Shown: positions 14,954 through 29,600 of the stretch, in pieces
Layout: the number at the start of each line of letters is the position of its first letter
Numbering within the stretch: position 1 is the first letter of the stretch
Source of the DNA: the human T2T-CHM13v2.0 reference genome, Homo sapiens
DNA: 64,000 nt
Direction: 5' to 3' (one strand)
Assembly (NCBI RefSeq): GCF_009914755.1
Contig: NC_060947.1
Translations under genes and position numbers: made by a program
Notes under the pieces: generated by a model
What the model was told of the DNA's origin: nothing
Databases searched by the model: none
Seen by the model: only the letters and a program-made list of their open reading frames with translations

Positions 14954-14987
14954 TGCTTCCCATTGCTGCAGGTGAAGAAGAACGCTG
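14954..14987 (+). CDS. STARD8: STARD8/DLC3 34-nt coding microexon (CFPLLQVKKNA + g), phase 0 in, phase 1 out
   Basis: Acceptor cttcttctctgtttcttttgcag| with branch-like ccttgAc (A at 14930); donor ctg|gtaagt. The peptide matches my recollection of the DLC3-alpha N-terminus (...RKVK-CFPLLQVKKNA-EAEAKRAC...). The terminal g joins aa of the next exon to give GAA (E). Confidence 0.92.
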
Positions 14988-16939
14988 GTAAGTACACGAG
15001 GTGGGCATTGCAAGTGGCATACAAAGAGACTGAGCTTCTCAGTAGTCCTCATGGGGCAACCGATCAGGTCCCTGGGCAGCAGAGCCAACGGCCGAGATGC
15101 AAAAGCCGGAGACATCCTCTCTGTCTCCCTCCACTGGGCATTTGCTGTCCTCCTCGGGCCCTGCTTTTTGGCTCACGTGCAGAGCCTCTTTATTTCTCAG
15201 CCGGAGGTTTTGCTCTTGTCAGAGAGCCAGGGGAGGACTTCCCTCCAGAGCTTTCAGCAAGTGGCAGCCACCCATATACTTCCCTTGTTCTCAAATGCCT
15301 TCTTTCCACTGGGAAGTGTATTAGGGGTGAGAGATGCCTCAGGAGAGAAAACAGGTAAGTGGAGGGTAAAGGAAGGAGACTTGGAATTTGGGGTTCAGTG
15401 TCTGTTATATTCCCAGCACTTGCTTTATCTAGAAGGCTTCCAACAGGAGGTAGGCTTTGGAGTTCATTAGACTGAGGTGATATATATAGCCTTTTCCTTT
15501 TGCTCTCTCACAAGTTTCTGTGAGCCCAACTTCCCATCTTCCTGGTGCCTCTGGTGTCCTACTTGGGTGTGGATAAGTGGATGGCATACTGGGAGCAACT
15601 ACCTTCCATTGAGAAGGATACAGTTGTCTAGAGAGGGATAACAGCTTTGTGGAGGAAGAGAAAGAAGGCTACTGGCCAGGGAAGAGTTTGGTGCTGGAGC
15701 CTGAACTCCTGGTATCAGCTGGGCTTTGCTAAGGTCATCGAGGCCATCGTCCTGGCTCTAGCCTGACTTCAGCCATTCCCATTGGCTCCAATTTTTCATC
15801 AGGATGAGCTCATGACTTGAATGAGCATAGCTTCTAGGAGACAGTTAGGATTGGGGTTGCCAAAACAGAAAGGCATCTATTAACAAGTGGCATGCTAAGG
15901 GCCTGTGCAAGGCATCTTGGGAAGACGTTGGAAGAGACAACCAGAACCCTTACTAATAAGAACCTTCCAAAGTAGTTGGAGCTGGTTTGGGCGAATCACG
16001 CCAGGATGCAGAGAGAGGATTCTAGTGACTTCCCAAGGACGTTTCCATCTTACGGCTCTGAGTTTTTGGGTGGTGGCTGCTACAAAACAAGAACTGATAG
16101 GTGAGGGGTTTATTTGCATTGCCATGACAGCAGAGAAGAGAGGATTTATTTTGAAACAGGAACACTGCTTTGATCAGCATACAGCATACATCTGCTTCTC
16201 CACTTCCCCACCCTGCCTTTCCCCGTCATCATCATTCCAAGGCGTCTTGCTGCGCAGTTTCTGCTTTGCAACAGAGACTTCTGAGGGCACAAGGTCTGTG
16301 CACTGCCCATACTAGGGGAAGGACACACTTCTCCATTTCAGAGACACCAGCTTCAAAGGCTAAAAGAAACCCCTCAGGCCCTGAAATAGTGACCCCCTTA
16401 GATGAATGCACCCACAGCTGCCAAGTTACTTCTTTAGAATATCTGTGCCAGGCAGAGGTGCCAGCACTGAGCTCTGGGAGGGTGGCTTCCAGAGGAGCCA
16501 GGACTATCTTTTACTGGGTAGGGTCAGGCAGAGGAGGTTGCCACCTACAAAGCTGAGATGGGACTGGTCTTTCTGCTATTTCTTAGGTTAAAGTTTGAAA
16601 ATGTCTATTTAAAGGCAAATGGGAACACATTGTTTCAGGCTGATTCAAAAACAATCTGACATAAATTATGAGTTTATGTGGATGTGGAAATGGTAGCAGC
16701 AAGGCACTGGGAATCAAAGCACCTGGATTTTAGCCCAAATTTCATTATAGATTCACTGTGTGAGCCCAGGAAAGTAGCTTCCTCTGTCTGGGCTGGCATC
16801 TACATCTACAAAATGGAGCTTATTGCATGGGACTCTTGTATGGATCACAATAGACAGCGCATTAAAAATGTCAAAGTACTGAACAAATGTGATTGTTTCT
16901 GAAATTTAGGTCAGGGGGTGAGCAGAACGCTTCATCTGT

Positions 16940-17085
16940 TTTATTACGTATTATTTGAGAAATAGGTAATACCTTCACAGGTTTCAAAATTCAAGAGGTA
17001 CAAAAATACAAAGTCTCTTCTCACCCCAAGTCCCCAACCACCCAGCAGTCCTCTTAGAGGTGATCAGTGTTAGCAGCTTCTTGGC
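16940..17085 (-). mobile_element. Old L1 (L1ME-like) 3'-end fragment
   Basis: aggtaataccttcacaggtttcaaaattcaagaggtacaaaa...gtctcttctcacccc resembles L1ME4-type ends. Confidence 0.5.
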
Positions 17086-17489
17086 CCTCGATGAGTTTAG
17101 AAGGTCTGAATCAAGTGAGCTGTGCTAGATGGGACTGCGATGGGGGCTGGCACTGCCTGACTGGCCTGGGGGTGGGGCTGAGGGGAGCTGCAGAAAGGGT
17201 CATGGAGCAGGAATCTCGGGGCAGGAAATATGGGGTGGTAGAATCAGCATTCTTTTGGGACCCAGTCTTGACTGTGCCACTCGTGGTGGAATGATAACAA
17301 GTAAGAGGCTTCCCCTCTCCGAACCTCAATGTTCTCATCTGTACATTGAGCCTGCCCCATTCTCCTAAGCCATTTCTCCCAAGTGTGACCAGAGCAGAAC
17401 AGAAGTGGTAGAGGAGAGGACCAGCCAGGGACTTTTTAGTGACAAAAAAGCCAAAATACTGACTCTGGGCGGACAGTTGTATATAATAA

Positions 17490-17514
17490 TTTCCCTCTTT
17501 CTCTCTCTTTCTTT

Positions 17515-17565
<51 letters not shown>

Positions 17566-17687
17566 GTCTTTCTTTCTTTCTTTCTCTTTCTTTTCTTTCT
17601 TTCTTCTTTCTCCTTCTCTTTCTCCTTCCTTCCTACCTACCCTTCCTTCCTTCCTTCCCTCCTCCTTCTTCTTTCTCTTTTTTCTCC

Positions 17688-17730
<43 letters not shown>

Positions 17731-17792
17731 CTTTCTTTCTTTCTTTCTTTCTTCTTTTTTTCTTTCCTTCCTTCCTTCCTTCCTTTTTTTTT
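17490..17792. repeat. ~300-bp polypyrimidine (TTTC/TTCC/CT) tract, expanded tail of the adjacent Alu monomer
   Basis: Nearly pure C/T on the + strand. Confidence 0.95.
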
Positions 17793-17943
17793 CTATGAGA
17801 CACGGTCTCTGTCACTCAGGCTGAAGCGCAGTGGTGCAGCATAGCTCACTGCGGCCTTAATCTTCTGGGCTTAAGGGATCCTCTCACTTCAGCCTCCTTC
17901 CTCAATAGCTGGGACTACAGGGGTGCATCGCCACGCCCAGCTC
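17793..17943 (-). mobile_element. Alu right-arm monomer (FRAM/AluJ-like)
   Basis: tgagacacggtctctgtcactcaggctgaagcgcagtggtgcagcatagctcactgcggcc ... gctgggactacagg. Confidence 0.8.
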
Positions 17944-18186
17944 ATCTTCCTTCTATTAGGATGAATCAAGCAAAGATTTATCTGACACATCATTGCTTTT
18001 GTTCTAGTGGTCCCACTGACAGAGGAAACCTTGTAAGGGCTGTCACAGGATCACTTGGTACCACCTTATAGGAGAGCATTAGGAATGTCCAACTGGCTTC
18101 AACACATGTGGTGCTGCCCAGGCCCAAAAGAATGACCTGAATTACCTTTGAAGTCCCTGCTATCACAGTCCAAGAAGCCACTAGCA

Positions 18187-18462
18187 CAGTGTTTCCCAAA
18201 TGTCACTTATTTGTGAACCAACTTCAGAATTTTTGCCATCACATCATCCATGCCATTAAGTACTTAATATTTTTCTTTAAATCAACCTGATTTTAAATAA
18301 TAACCTCACCCTAAGCCATAATATCTATGAAATTAGGTTTTGAGGCACTAGTTACATTTTTCCTAATATGTAGTAAATTAAATATATATCATGATGCAGA
18401 TGCCAATGTACCACCCCAAATCATCCTATGCCAACATATATATCAAACACTGAGAAACACAG
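18187..18462 (+). mobile_element. hAT-Charlie non-autonomous DNA transposon (MER113A-like)
   Basis: Terminal inverted repeats cagtgtttcccaa ... tgagaaacacag; CTAG-centred 8-bp flanks; internal gtaccaccccaaatcatc motif. Confidence 0.65.
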
Positions 18463-20109
18463 AGCTAGCGGTAGTAAAACCAGCAGCTCAGGAGGAGGTT
18501 CAGGCCTTAGGGACTCACTCCAAGACATGCTACATGCTCTCAGGCTCCCAGCATCACTTCATATTTCTTCCAGACCCACACACCCTGTTGCTTGAGCACA
18601 AATTGCTCCTAAGATGGAAAGGTCCTGGAGCCTAAAAGGAACCCGCTTCCTCCAAATAAAACCCACAATTCAAAACTGCCTCTTAAGTGCTGAAGTGAGA
18701 ATACTTGATTGGGGCCGGAAGCTCCAGGTTCCAGTTTTGGCTGTGACCTTTGCCAGCTGTGTGTCCTTGGGCCTCTCGCTTTCCCTCTCTGGGCCTTAGT
18801 GTCTCTAACTATAAAATGAATAGCTTGCTTTAAATGACCTCTAAGGTATCTTGCTGTTCTGAAATTCAATGACTCCTTGACTTACAAACCCCACACTCCG
18901 CGGAGCTCATTAGCTCGCTTACCAGCAGCCCACAGAGGTGAGGAGGCTGCTGACCTTCCCTCCCACCGCCTTTGCACCAAATCTTCCCCAAGGCCCCCTG
19001 CTCCCAGTGCACAAAGCTCCTTTTGTTGCCTGGAGCCATTCGGGGCTTCACTCCAGGCTCCTGCTGAAGTGGCTGAGGTGGCCTGGTGGGGTAATAGTTT
19101 GCCTGTAACAAGAGCCCCTGCTCGCAACCCAACTGGCTCCAGTCTGGCTGCAGGCTTGGCCTCAGCATCAGACTCATCCATCAGCTGCCCCAGACCCCTC
19201 CCCCAAGCTCTGAGGGGGCGGGGAGACAGATTTGAACAGTAGAAAATGGAAACAAATACATTTATTTAACATGCTATTGGGTGTCTGTCACCTCCAAGGC
19301 TCACAAGGGCAGTAGACAAAAATACTAAGCATATGAAAGTCATCAGAATAATAATAATTCAATCCACATCCTTTCTTTTGAAAATGACCAAATCATTTTT
19401 ATAACGGAGTCTTGACAGATCTGGTCATTTAACATTTGTTATTTTACAAAGAACATTTGCAGGGCATGGCTTATCTAACATTTGACAGATATTTTACCCA
19501 GCAACTTGGAATAGTATAAAGATCTACTTAGTTAGGGAGCATCTGGAATTTATTATCATTTGAGACAGGAAATCTTTTAACCATGATCCACAGTGAATTC
19601 AGCCAAGGTAAAAATGCTGGGATGTGACTTGAGAGACCTAGGATCTAGTCTCGTCTCCATCATTAACTCCTTCTGCGACCTTGAGTTAGTCACCTCTGCC
19701 CCATGGGCCTCAGTTTCCTTGTCTGCAAAATGAGAATGTTGAACTAGAGGGTCTCAAGATTTTGATTTTGCACTCTGACCCCCTCTCCTCCAGAAGTCAG
19801 GCTGAAAGGAAGGGGAGGTGGGGGTAGGGTCAGTGGAAAGGGCAATTTCAAGGTGTTCTTTGGGATGGGGGGAAGGATTTCCAGGCCTGTGGAGGAGTGT
19901 AAGGGCTTCTTTTGTGGCCTAAGGGGCTGGGAAGCCCAGGTTCTCAGTTGCTGTTTTCAAGAGTGCAAGACAGAATTAGGTCTAGGTTTAGAGAGTCAGG
20001 TCAGGTACATCTCCCTAGGTATAGCCTAGATGACCATTTTCACAGTGTAGGCCACTCCAAATCAGGAGCTGGAGAGGGCATGGGAACTTCAGGTGGAAAG
20101 ACAGGTCTG

Positions 20110-20960
20110 AAAAGGACCTGGGAAGTGCTACTGGACACTTCCACCAGAAGGTCCTGTGGATCCTTCAAACTCAACACTAAAGATCATAATTCTTTATCAT
20201 TTCTCTGGAAACCTCCTCTTTCTCCAGAATCCGCTTTCTTGGTTAAAGCAGCCCCATGCACCCAGCCACTCCAGCAAGAGTCACGGGCGTTACCTGGACT
20301 CCATTTTTCTAATTTGCTGCCATTTAGTTGTGTGCATGGGACCTCTTCATAAGGCTTCCTAAATCTACCGCCTTTTCTTGTCACTCACACTAGCATAGCC
20401 CTCCATCTGGGCCCTAGCAGCTCTGGCCTTGATGGTTGCAACCGCTACCTAACTGGTCTTCCTGCCACCATGCTCGCCCTTCCAGTTCACCCTCCATGCT
20501 GCTGCCAAAGTTCTCTCTTTAAAAGAAAAACTTAGGCATCCTCAAAAATCTTTGGTCATTTCCTACCTTTGGTCAAAGTCCAACTTCTTTGCTCTGGCAT
20601 TCAAGGTCTCTCAAGCTTAGACAGCCTATCTTTCTTGCTTCCTTTCCCACCTCGTTCCTATATTTCTGAGCCCCATGGGACAACTCGCTATTTCCTAGAC
20701 AGACAGTGAATTCTCATATTGGACTCTCCACTGAGTGTGTTGTTGCCAGCCCCCTTCTTGGCCTGTCAAGCCACACTCTGGCCTCCCTTTCCATCTTGTC
20801 CATAGCTATTACATTATAAAACATCACACTGTTCTGCATTGGCCTCTTTTCTTTCCTGTCTCTCCCATAGACCATGAGCTCTTGGTGTACAATGGCTATA
20901 TCTGACTGACCCCTGGATTCCCAGAACTAAGCATAAGGTCTCACATAAACAATGAGTCTG
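20110..20960 (+). mobile_element. Degenerate L2 fragment
   Basis: cttcaaactcaacac..., ttgcaaccgctacctaactggtcttcctgcc ... ctccatgctgctgccaaag ... ggcattcaaggtc. Confidence 0.6.
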
Positions 20961-23412
20961 CCAAGAACTGGCTTTTATTTTTGATGGCATAGCAAAAGAA
21001 CTTCTGGTAATCAGACTGGTGACTTCTTCCTTTCAGCAGACTTTCTTCCCTATCATTTCAGCTCTGAACTAGCTATTACAGATCAACATAGAGCCCCACT
21101 GGCTCCAGATGACAAAACCTCTTGAGACAGGGCCTTAAGGATCCAGTGGTTCCAGCCAATGGTGCAGATCCGTGTAAAACACATTTTCACCAAACTCTTG
21201 AAATTTGGAGGTCGCCCACATCTCAAGGCAGGAAGGGCACTTAAGGACTATATTAACCCATGCTTTTGAAACTGAGTACTGAGGAGCCCTAGTGTCCCCT
21301 AGTGTCTTAGGGGACATGAAAGGAAGACAGAGTTATGGGATATCTCATTCCTGCTTCATTCAACTAAACCTATTTGACTTTTTGAAGGTTCCATGAACAT
21401 TTCATTTGGAGACTGGAGTTGGCGGCATTAAAGTTTCATTTGGAGACTGTAGTTGGCTGCATTAAATGTTGGCGATCATAGCTCGAATCTGGTGTTCAAT
21501 TTTCCCTTTTTTACCTTTCCTGCTACATGCCCAACTTGAGCTTTGACCAAACTCCTCAGGTATGGTGAAGCATCCTTTTTCATTCTATACTGTTAAAAGT
21601 TCTTTATATTGAGCCAGAATCTGCCTTACAACAACTTCCACCCAGTGGTCCTATTTTCACCCCTTGGAAGTAGTGTGTTCCTTCTTCCTTAAGGCCAATC
21701 TGCTGTCATTTAGAATCTCCCAAAGTCTAAGGTAGGAGAGATCTTATAGCTCATACAGTCCAATGTTCTCGTTGCAGCTGGGGAATGAAGCCCAGAGAAA
21801 CTAAGTGATCTGCACAACAGCATAGAGCTAGTTGGCAGCAAAACTGAGACTAGAACCCAAGTCTCTACTCATCTATAATGCGCTCCCCAGAATCTGTCCT
21901 TTCCTAGCTCCTAAAATCGTTTCTCACAGTCCTGATCACTCTTCACTACACGTACTCCTGACTGACAGTGACCAATGGCTGAAGATCAGCAGCTGAGCTT
22001 GTGAAAGCTCCATGGCTCCCAAGCCTTGGTCTGCCTGGGGAGAAGGCAGAGACAAAGCAGAACAAACTGGTGTCAGAAGCAGAGCCGTTCCCTCACCACA
22101 GCCTGAAAGTCATTCTCCTCATCCTTCTCTTCTTTCCATAAAACTAAATTCCATTCAAACAGCGCCCCCCCCCCATGGCAGGGCAGCCAAGGGGCAGCTT
22201 TCAGAGGCCCCTTCTGACCTGTTTGCTAAAGGGTTCCTGCTGTGTGACCTTCCACATCCCAAGCCCAGAAACAGGAAGAGTTAGTTTGGTTTGCTTTTTG
22301 GGAAGAAAAATGAAAACATAGGAAGTAGGGCTCCTGAGAACAGAGGCTTCCAACTCTGTGTTCATTTGTCCCTGGAGCAGGATATTTCAGGGAATACATT
22401 CCACAGGGGAAGGGAACAGCCTCCCTTATTAAAAACAAAACACAAAACCCTTCAAGGTTTGGAAAAAGAAAAAGGCCAAAAGGAGACTTTTAAGGAGGGG
22501 AGGGGCAATTGTTTTATAATCTCCAGCCCTTCACCCCCTTGGCCACTTGGAGCTGTCATACTTTGATCTCACTACCATTATCAGCACATCTGTTGCCCAG
22601 AGATGTCCTGCTCCCTTTAACCTATGGCCCAAGAAAGAGTCCAAGTCTCCTTTCTTGTTTCCCTGAGGATGACCGAAGTAGGCTGGCACTCAGAATCTTC
22701 AATTAAAACCAAGAAAAAACAGACAGTAATTAATTACACAATGCACAAACAGCAGAACAACATTCAGGCCTTGCCAAGTACATGCTTTTTGTTTTAAGAA
22801 GCCCAGCAAAAGCAGGGAAGTGCTTTGTCAGTCCCCAAATATCTCCCAGGATAACTATTTCATCGTCCCAGATACGCTGCCATAAGTTTGCCTGGCTTTT
22901 TCCTCCCTCAGCTGTCAGTCATTGGGAGGCAGATGCCATCTTGTTTCCCTACTACTGTTGCTAGAAGGGCAATGCAACAGGTCTTTTACCAAAAACAACA
23001 ACAACAACAACAAAACAACCTTCCAGAACCCCTACTGTTCTTTTCAGTTCTAGTTTCTGGGCTGAGGAACATGGTTAGTTCACAGATAGTTGCCAGGGTA
23101 AAAGTGTGGATCATTTTGGGGTGCCAAAGAAACATATAGCCCTGGAAGGAAACCAGCTCTGCCTACAATCTGGAGCTTCTACAGGTACACATGTACATGT
23201 GTCACATGTGTAGTGTGCAAACACACACATAGTCTATTTACCAAAATTTTAGTTTCATGGAATAACAAGGCCTTCACCATACAAAAACATACCATTGTCT
23301 CCCCTGAGGTTATGGGTAAGCAGAACCTCTTCCTAGAAGATGCTTCCAAGAGCATCTGCCTAGAATGGCTTGTTTTTTTCCAAAAAGATCTGGAGGCAAA
23401 ATTTTCATATTA

Positions 23413-23764
<352 letters not shown>

Positions 23765-24155
23765 TTCACATGAATTCATAAGATAAAAGTGGAGACTTGA
23801 AAAAAAATTCTCACTTGTGGTTGGCTGTGTGAGATTCTCCTCCAGCTCCTCGGGCCTCTGTGGGGAATAAATTCTTTCTGTTCATTGGAGGTACTTTGGG
23901 GATGCAAAAGTCTGAGAGCCACAAAGTAAAACAGTAGGCTCCTTGAGGGTAGAAACGTCTCATTTTTCTCTGTATCCTCACATCTGAAACAGAGCCAGCC
24001 ACAGAGTGCTTGGGAACTATTTGCTCCATTCATGCATCCATCCATCCATCCATTCATCTATCTATCCATCCTTACCAAGAAACAAGCAAAAAAGGTAGCC
24101 TTAGAGTGGTGGAAAGAATACAGTTTCTGGAAAATTCATAAACCTCTGGGTCTGA

Positions 24156-24845
<690 letters not shown>

Positions 24846-26261
24846 AGTTTTCTCAGTTTTAAAATAAGAATCCAAATACCCAACTCCTGAGTTGATGTGG
24901 GACCTTAAGTGTGATAATGGGAGTGGGAGTGCTCTATAAGATCCCAGACAATACAGAAATTATAGTTATTTCATGACTATCAAATTACCACCATGACTAG
25001 CCCAGACAGTAGTGGGGTGGGGGGAGGGGAAGATGTTTTCTCCAGCCAGAAGTCTGATTTGAGAATAAGAAAGCAGGAGCTGAGACCTCAGGAATGAGCC
25101 CCCGGGCCTCTGGGATGGAGAGGGCAGATGTTGAATCCTAGCTCCAGCTCCACCTCCACTCCAGGAAGGCAGTACGCAGGCCAGAGGGGAACTTGGGGTG
25201 GAGTGATGGAAGGATCAGATGTGCCTCATACACTTCAGGTCTCCAAAGACCAGATGTGCTTTCCTTCTCACGTCTGCCAATAAGCCCCTTTGAGGCCCGG
25301 TTTGCAGCAAGGGTCATTCATCACTGGGGCTGAAATACAACCAGGCATAGTGTGTTGACTTGGCTGCTAACAGACTCTGCCTCCTTGGGTAAGTCCTTTT
25401 TCCTCTCTGGGCCCCAATTTCCCTATCATTAAAATGAAAGGATTGGATCGGGTTGTCCCTCAGGTCCTTTGAGCTCCTACACGCTGTATTTAAGACTTTT
25501 TTGGGCCTTGATTTTCTAAAAATGTGAACAATGTGATTTGCCAAAAATATAATTGGTCTGATCATCTGATAGTTGGACACTGAATCATGGATGGGTGAAA
25601 AAGTTCAAAGCAATTGTGGGGCAGGAGACGGGCCTGGCTGGGGCCCTCTTCTGTTTTTAAGTCTGCTGGTTCCTGTGGCTCCTTCTGTACGTGTCTGTGT
25701 CTGGCCAAACTGGCCCGGCTCGCCTGAAAATCTCAGAGCAAGCCAAGGTTGTAGCCCAGGTAGATGGCTTGTGGATACAGCAGGTGTTTCCCAAGCCCTG
25801 GGATCCGGCTCAGGTACCTCACAAGATAAAATGAGGAAAGGAAAGAAAACAGGAAATCCTACCCACTATATGCAACTAATTGTTTAGGAAGAATTCCTTC
25901 TAGGCAAGCCCGTTGTCTCAGAAGTCAGCAACAGCTGCTGGGTTGGAATGGCTAACTTGTGCAATCTCTGAGATTCTTAGGCTCCCCCCAAACCCCGTCT
26001 CAACCTGTTTAGCCCTCTGCCATTCTCTGAAGCTCAGCTCAAATACTGTTCCCTCCCACTTTCAAATCCCCATCATACTGTATATCTGTCTTATAGCATG
26101 AATCATGCCTTGTGTTTTGAGCTATTTCCTTTCACCTATGGATTAAAAATAAAACACATGTTCTGAGTGAAAATTCCAACCTATAATCTTTCACTCTCAC
26201 TTTCCAGAGTTAGCCGCTCTGAAAAGGTTGTTGTTTTTTGTTTGTTTGTTTGTTTGTTTTA

Positions 26262-26682
<421 letters not shown>

Positions 26683-29600
26683 TCAGATCAGCTTCAGCAA
26701 ATTCTATCACCCCTTTGACCCTCAGTTGTCTGCTCTGTAAATGGGATAGACATGTCCTCTTCTCCTGTCTCACAGGGTTGGTGTAAGGGCCAAATAAGAA
26801 AAGAGATTGAAAGCACCTTGGAAACTGTAAGGGGGGCCCTATTTATCTCCATGCTTGTCACTGCAACTTGACTGTAAGCATCTTTGAAACAGAAACTTGG
26901 CCCCTCGAGGGCTGTGTCCCCATTGCCTCTTGTTCCAGTTTGTCCAGAATGGGAAGGTGGTGATGCCGGGGGTATGGAACTGAATCCCCAGAGTCGTGCT
27001 ACACCTGGAGATGCTGATGCTCTGCTCCTGCCCTGGTTCTGGGTACACAGCTACTTGACCTTCCTTTGAAGCCAAACCCAGCTGAGAGGACCATTTTTCT
27101 AAAGTTACTTGGCTTGCAAAATGCTGCTCCTCCACCAAGTGGGCACTGGCCCAGCCTCACTGCCCCAGTGTGCTTTCATTACTTTGAAAATTCTGCAACT
27201 CTTGTTTCACCCCCTCTACCTCCTTCAGCTCCTAGTTCCTCAGATTCTGGCTCCAAGTAATGATTTCAAAGTTCCCCATGCCCCCCACCCACCCCCCCAA
27301 TGTATGATACATATATATAGAGAGAGAGGAAGTAGAAAGATGTGGCCAAGAAAATTCAATTTTCTGAATGGATCAGATGTAAAACTGTTGGAAATTACAG
27401 CTAGAAAGCTCTGCAGATAGCATTTAGTCCAACCTGCATCACTCCCCTTCAACCTTTGACAGAAGGGAAACTGAGACCCAGAAAAGGGAAGGGACTTATG
27501 CAGGGAATTTGCGGCTCTGACCTCCAAGTAAAGGTGGGAAGGGGCGAGACTCTGCAATTTACCAATGCACCGCTGAAAGGGTTAAAGTCAAGGAAACTAG
27601 CCTGGGGAAGGTGGGTGGGGTCAAAGAAGAGATGAGTGTGGCCAGAGAAGGGAGGATCAATCAGGAGAAACAGTCAGGACCAGCTGCAAAATTCCCCTGG
27701 AAAGTGGAAATAGAAGAAATATGAGGGTTGTGGTTTAGCAAGTTATTATGAGCCTTGCTGGGCAAAGAGAGGGAAGAGAGAGGAAGAGAAAAGTAGAGGG
27801 GGCCCAAAGAGGAGTAAAAAGGGAAGGAGGAAGGCCAAACCAGACGAATGGAGGAGTTTGAGAGTGATAGGGTCAGTGAGTGCTTAAACACAGCAAATCA
27901 GTAGAGTCCTGTCCCATGTGGGGCATCCAGCTACCTTATAAGTTACCACTAGCTCTGCTGCCTGGTTTCTTCTTCTAGGCTCTGAGCACATGAGCCAGTC
28001 CTTACTTTCTTAGCAAACTCAGCCCTTTTCCACTGTCCACTGTTTGGAGAGGCAGTTCCAGACTGTAGGCTTTTTACTTCAGTAGAGTTGGCACACCAAC
28101 ACAAGGGCACTGTGCAGCCTGGCCTGGCTGCCAGAGCAGGCTCTAGATCCCCCACTCCACAGTCATGATCTGATTTTAGTCACACAGTCATACTATGAGT
28201 TGAACTCAGCCCATTTTACAGATGAGAGGTGCAATAATTTTCAAATGAAAACAACAACAATAAGAATAAACCTAAGTATATACTGGGAAACAATACACGT
28301 ACTGATTAAGAATGAGAGTGCTGGAGACAAACGGCCTGTATTCAGATCCCCATTTTGCCCCTCATTAGTTGTGTGATCTTGGACAGGTTGCCAAATTTCT
28401 CTGTGCAGGTTTGGAAGGATCAAATGAGTTGATCCAAGTATACAACCTTTGAACAATGCCTGGCACATAGTCGGTGCTCAATAAATGGCGACTATTCTTG
28501 CCATTGTCATTAGTATGTGCCAGATGCTGTTTTAAGTGTTTTATCTGTATTATGTCATGCAATCATCACTCACAAGGTAACTGAGGCTCAAGTGCAAGAA
28601 GAATATATCTGGTTCATTGGCTTTTAAAACTTCGTTAGATGCAGACTTCTACCCCCCAAAATTGAATCCTATGTGACACCCCAATATATAAAACAAAACA
28701 AATAAAAACAGCATGGCTCTGATTGAAGCAAGGTGGGGTAGGGGTGGGACTTGGAGACTCCTGGCTCAGTGTTCCCTGTTCTCCCCTCCCCCAGCCTCCC
28801 TATGATAGGCTTTGAGGCTCTTCCCCACCCACTGATCTAGTCCATCTAAACTTTTTATGCTCAGATAAAGACATTGTAACTCTGAGAGAGCAAATAACAT
28901 GCCCAAGGTTAAACAACAAGTCAAAGGCAGAGTGGGGTACCAGGCATGAAGGGACAATCACTTGGTCAAAGAGAACAGCCCCCTTGGTTAAACTAGAACA
29001 CAGAACATCCCAAGCTTGGGCAAAGAAGAGCTAGGAAAGGAGAGTGAGCAGGAGGGAAGGGGGATCCCCGATGTGAGCAGCCCCACTGACTATTCATATG
29101 CTGCTGGGGCCATGCAGACGTCAAGATGAGACAAAGCCCTATCCACATGGGGCCTCTCATTGCACAGGGTTTGGGGTTCTGTTGTGACAAGGGATGTAGC
29201 CTCCTCTCTCTTAGGTGTCTGTTCTGTGGGATGCAGCTGACTGGGGCCAAATCCCACCATCTAGGCCTTCCGATTGGGCTCCTGGCCTGAGCTGGCATTA
29301 CCACAACTCCCCTTCTCCTCCAGGGTTCTGGGATGGCAGCTTGACTTCCAACCCATTGTTGTTGGGGTGGGGGAGGTAAGAGGGGTAGACTTGACGCTCC
29401 GCCCTTTTCACAGCTTCCATGTATGTGCACCCCTATCTGTTCAAGGCATGCCACTGCCAACACTGTTTATCTAAGAAACTGTGCGTCGCCAACTTTTGTC
29501 TCTAGGACTTTGGCATGGGTTACCTGGGGACACCGCCCTGAGGAGAAATTATAGGATAAATTTTTCCAGAGAACTTCTTCGAGAACTCAGGACTTCCCTG

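Noticed and set aside
14837-15358. 173-aa ORF containing the microexon peptide
   Set aside because: Only 14954-14987 is supported. Extending the exon to the 15354 donor gives phase 2, out of frame with the SAM exon.
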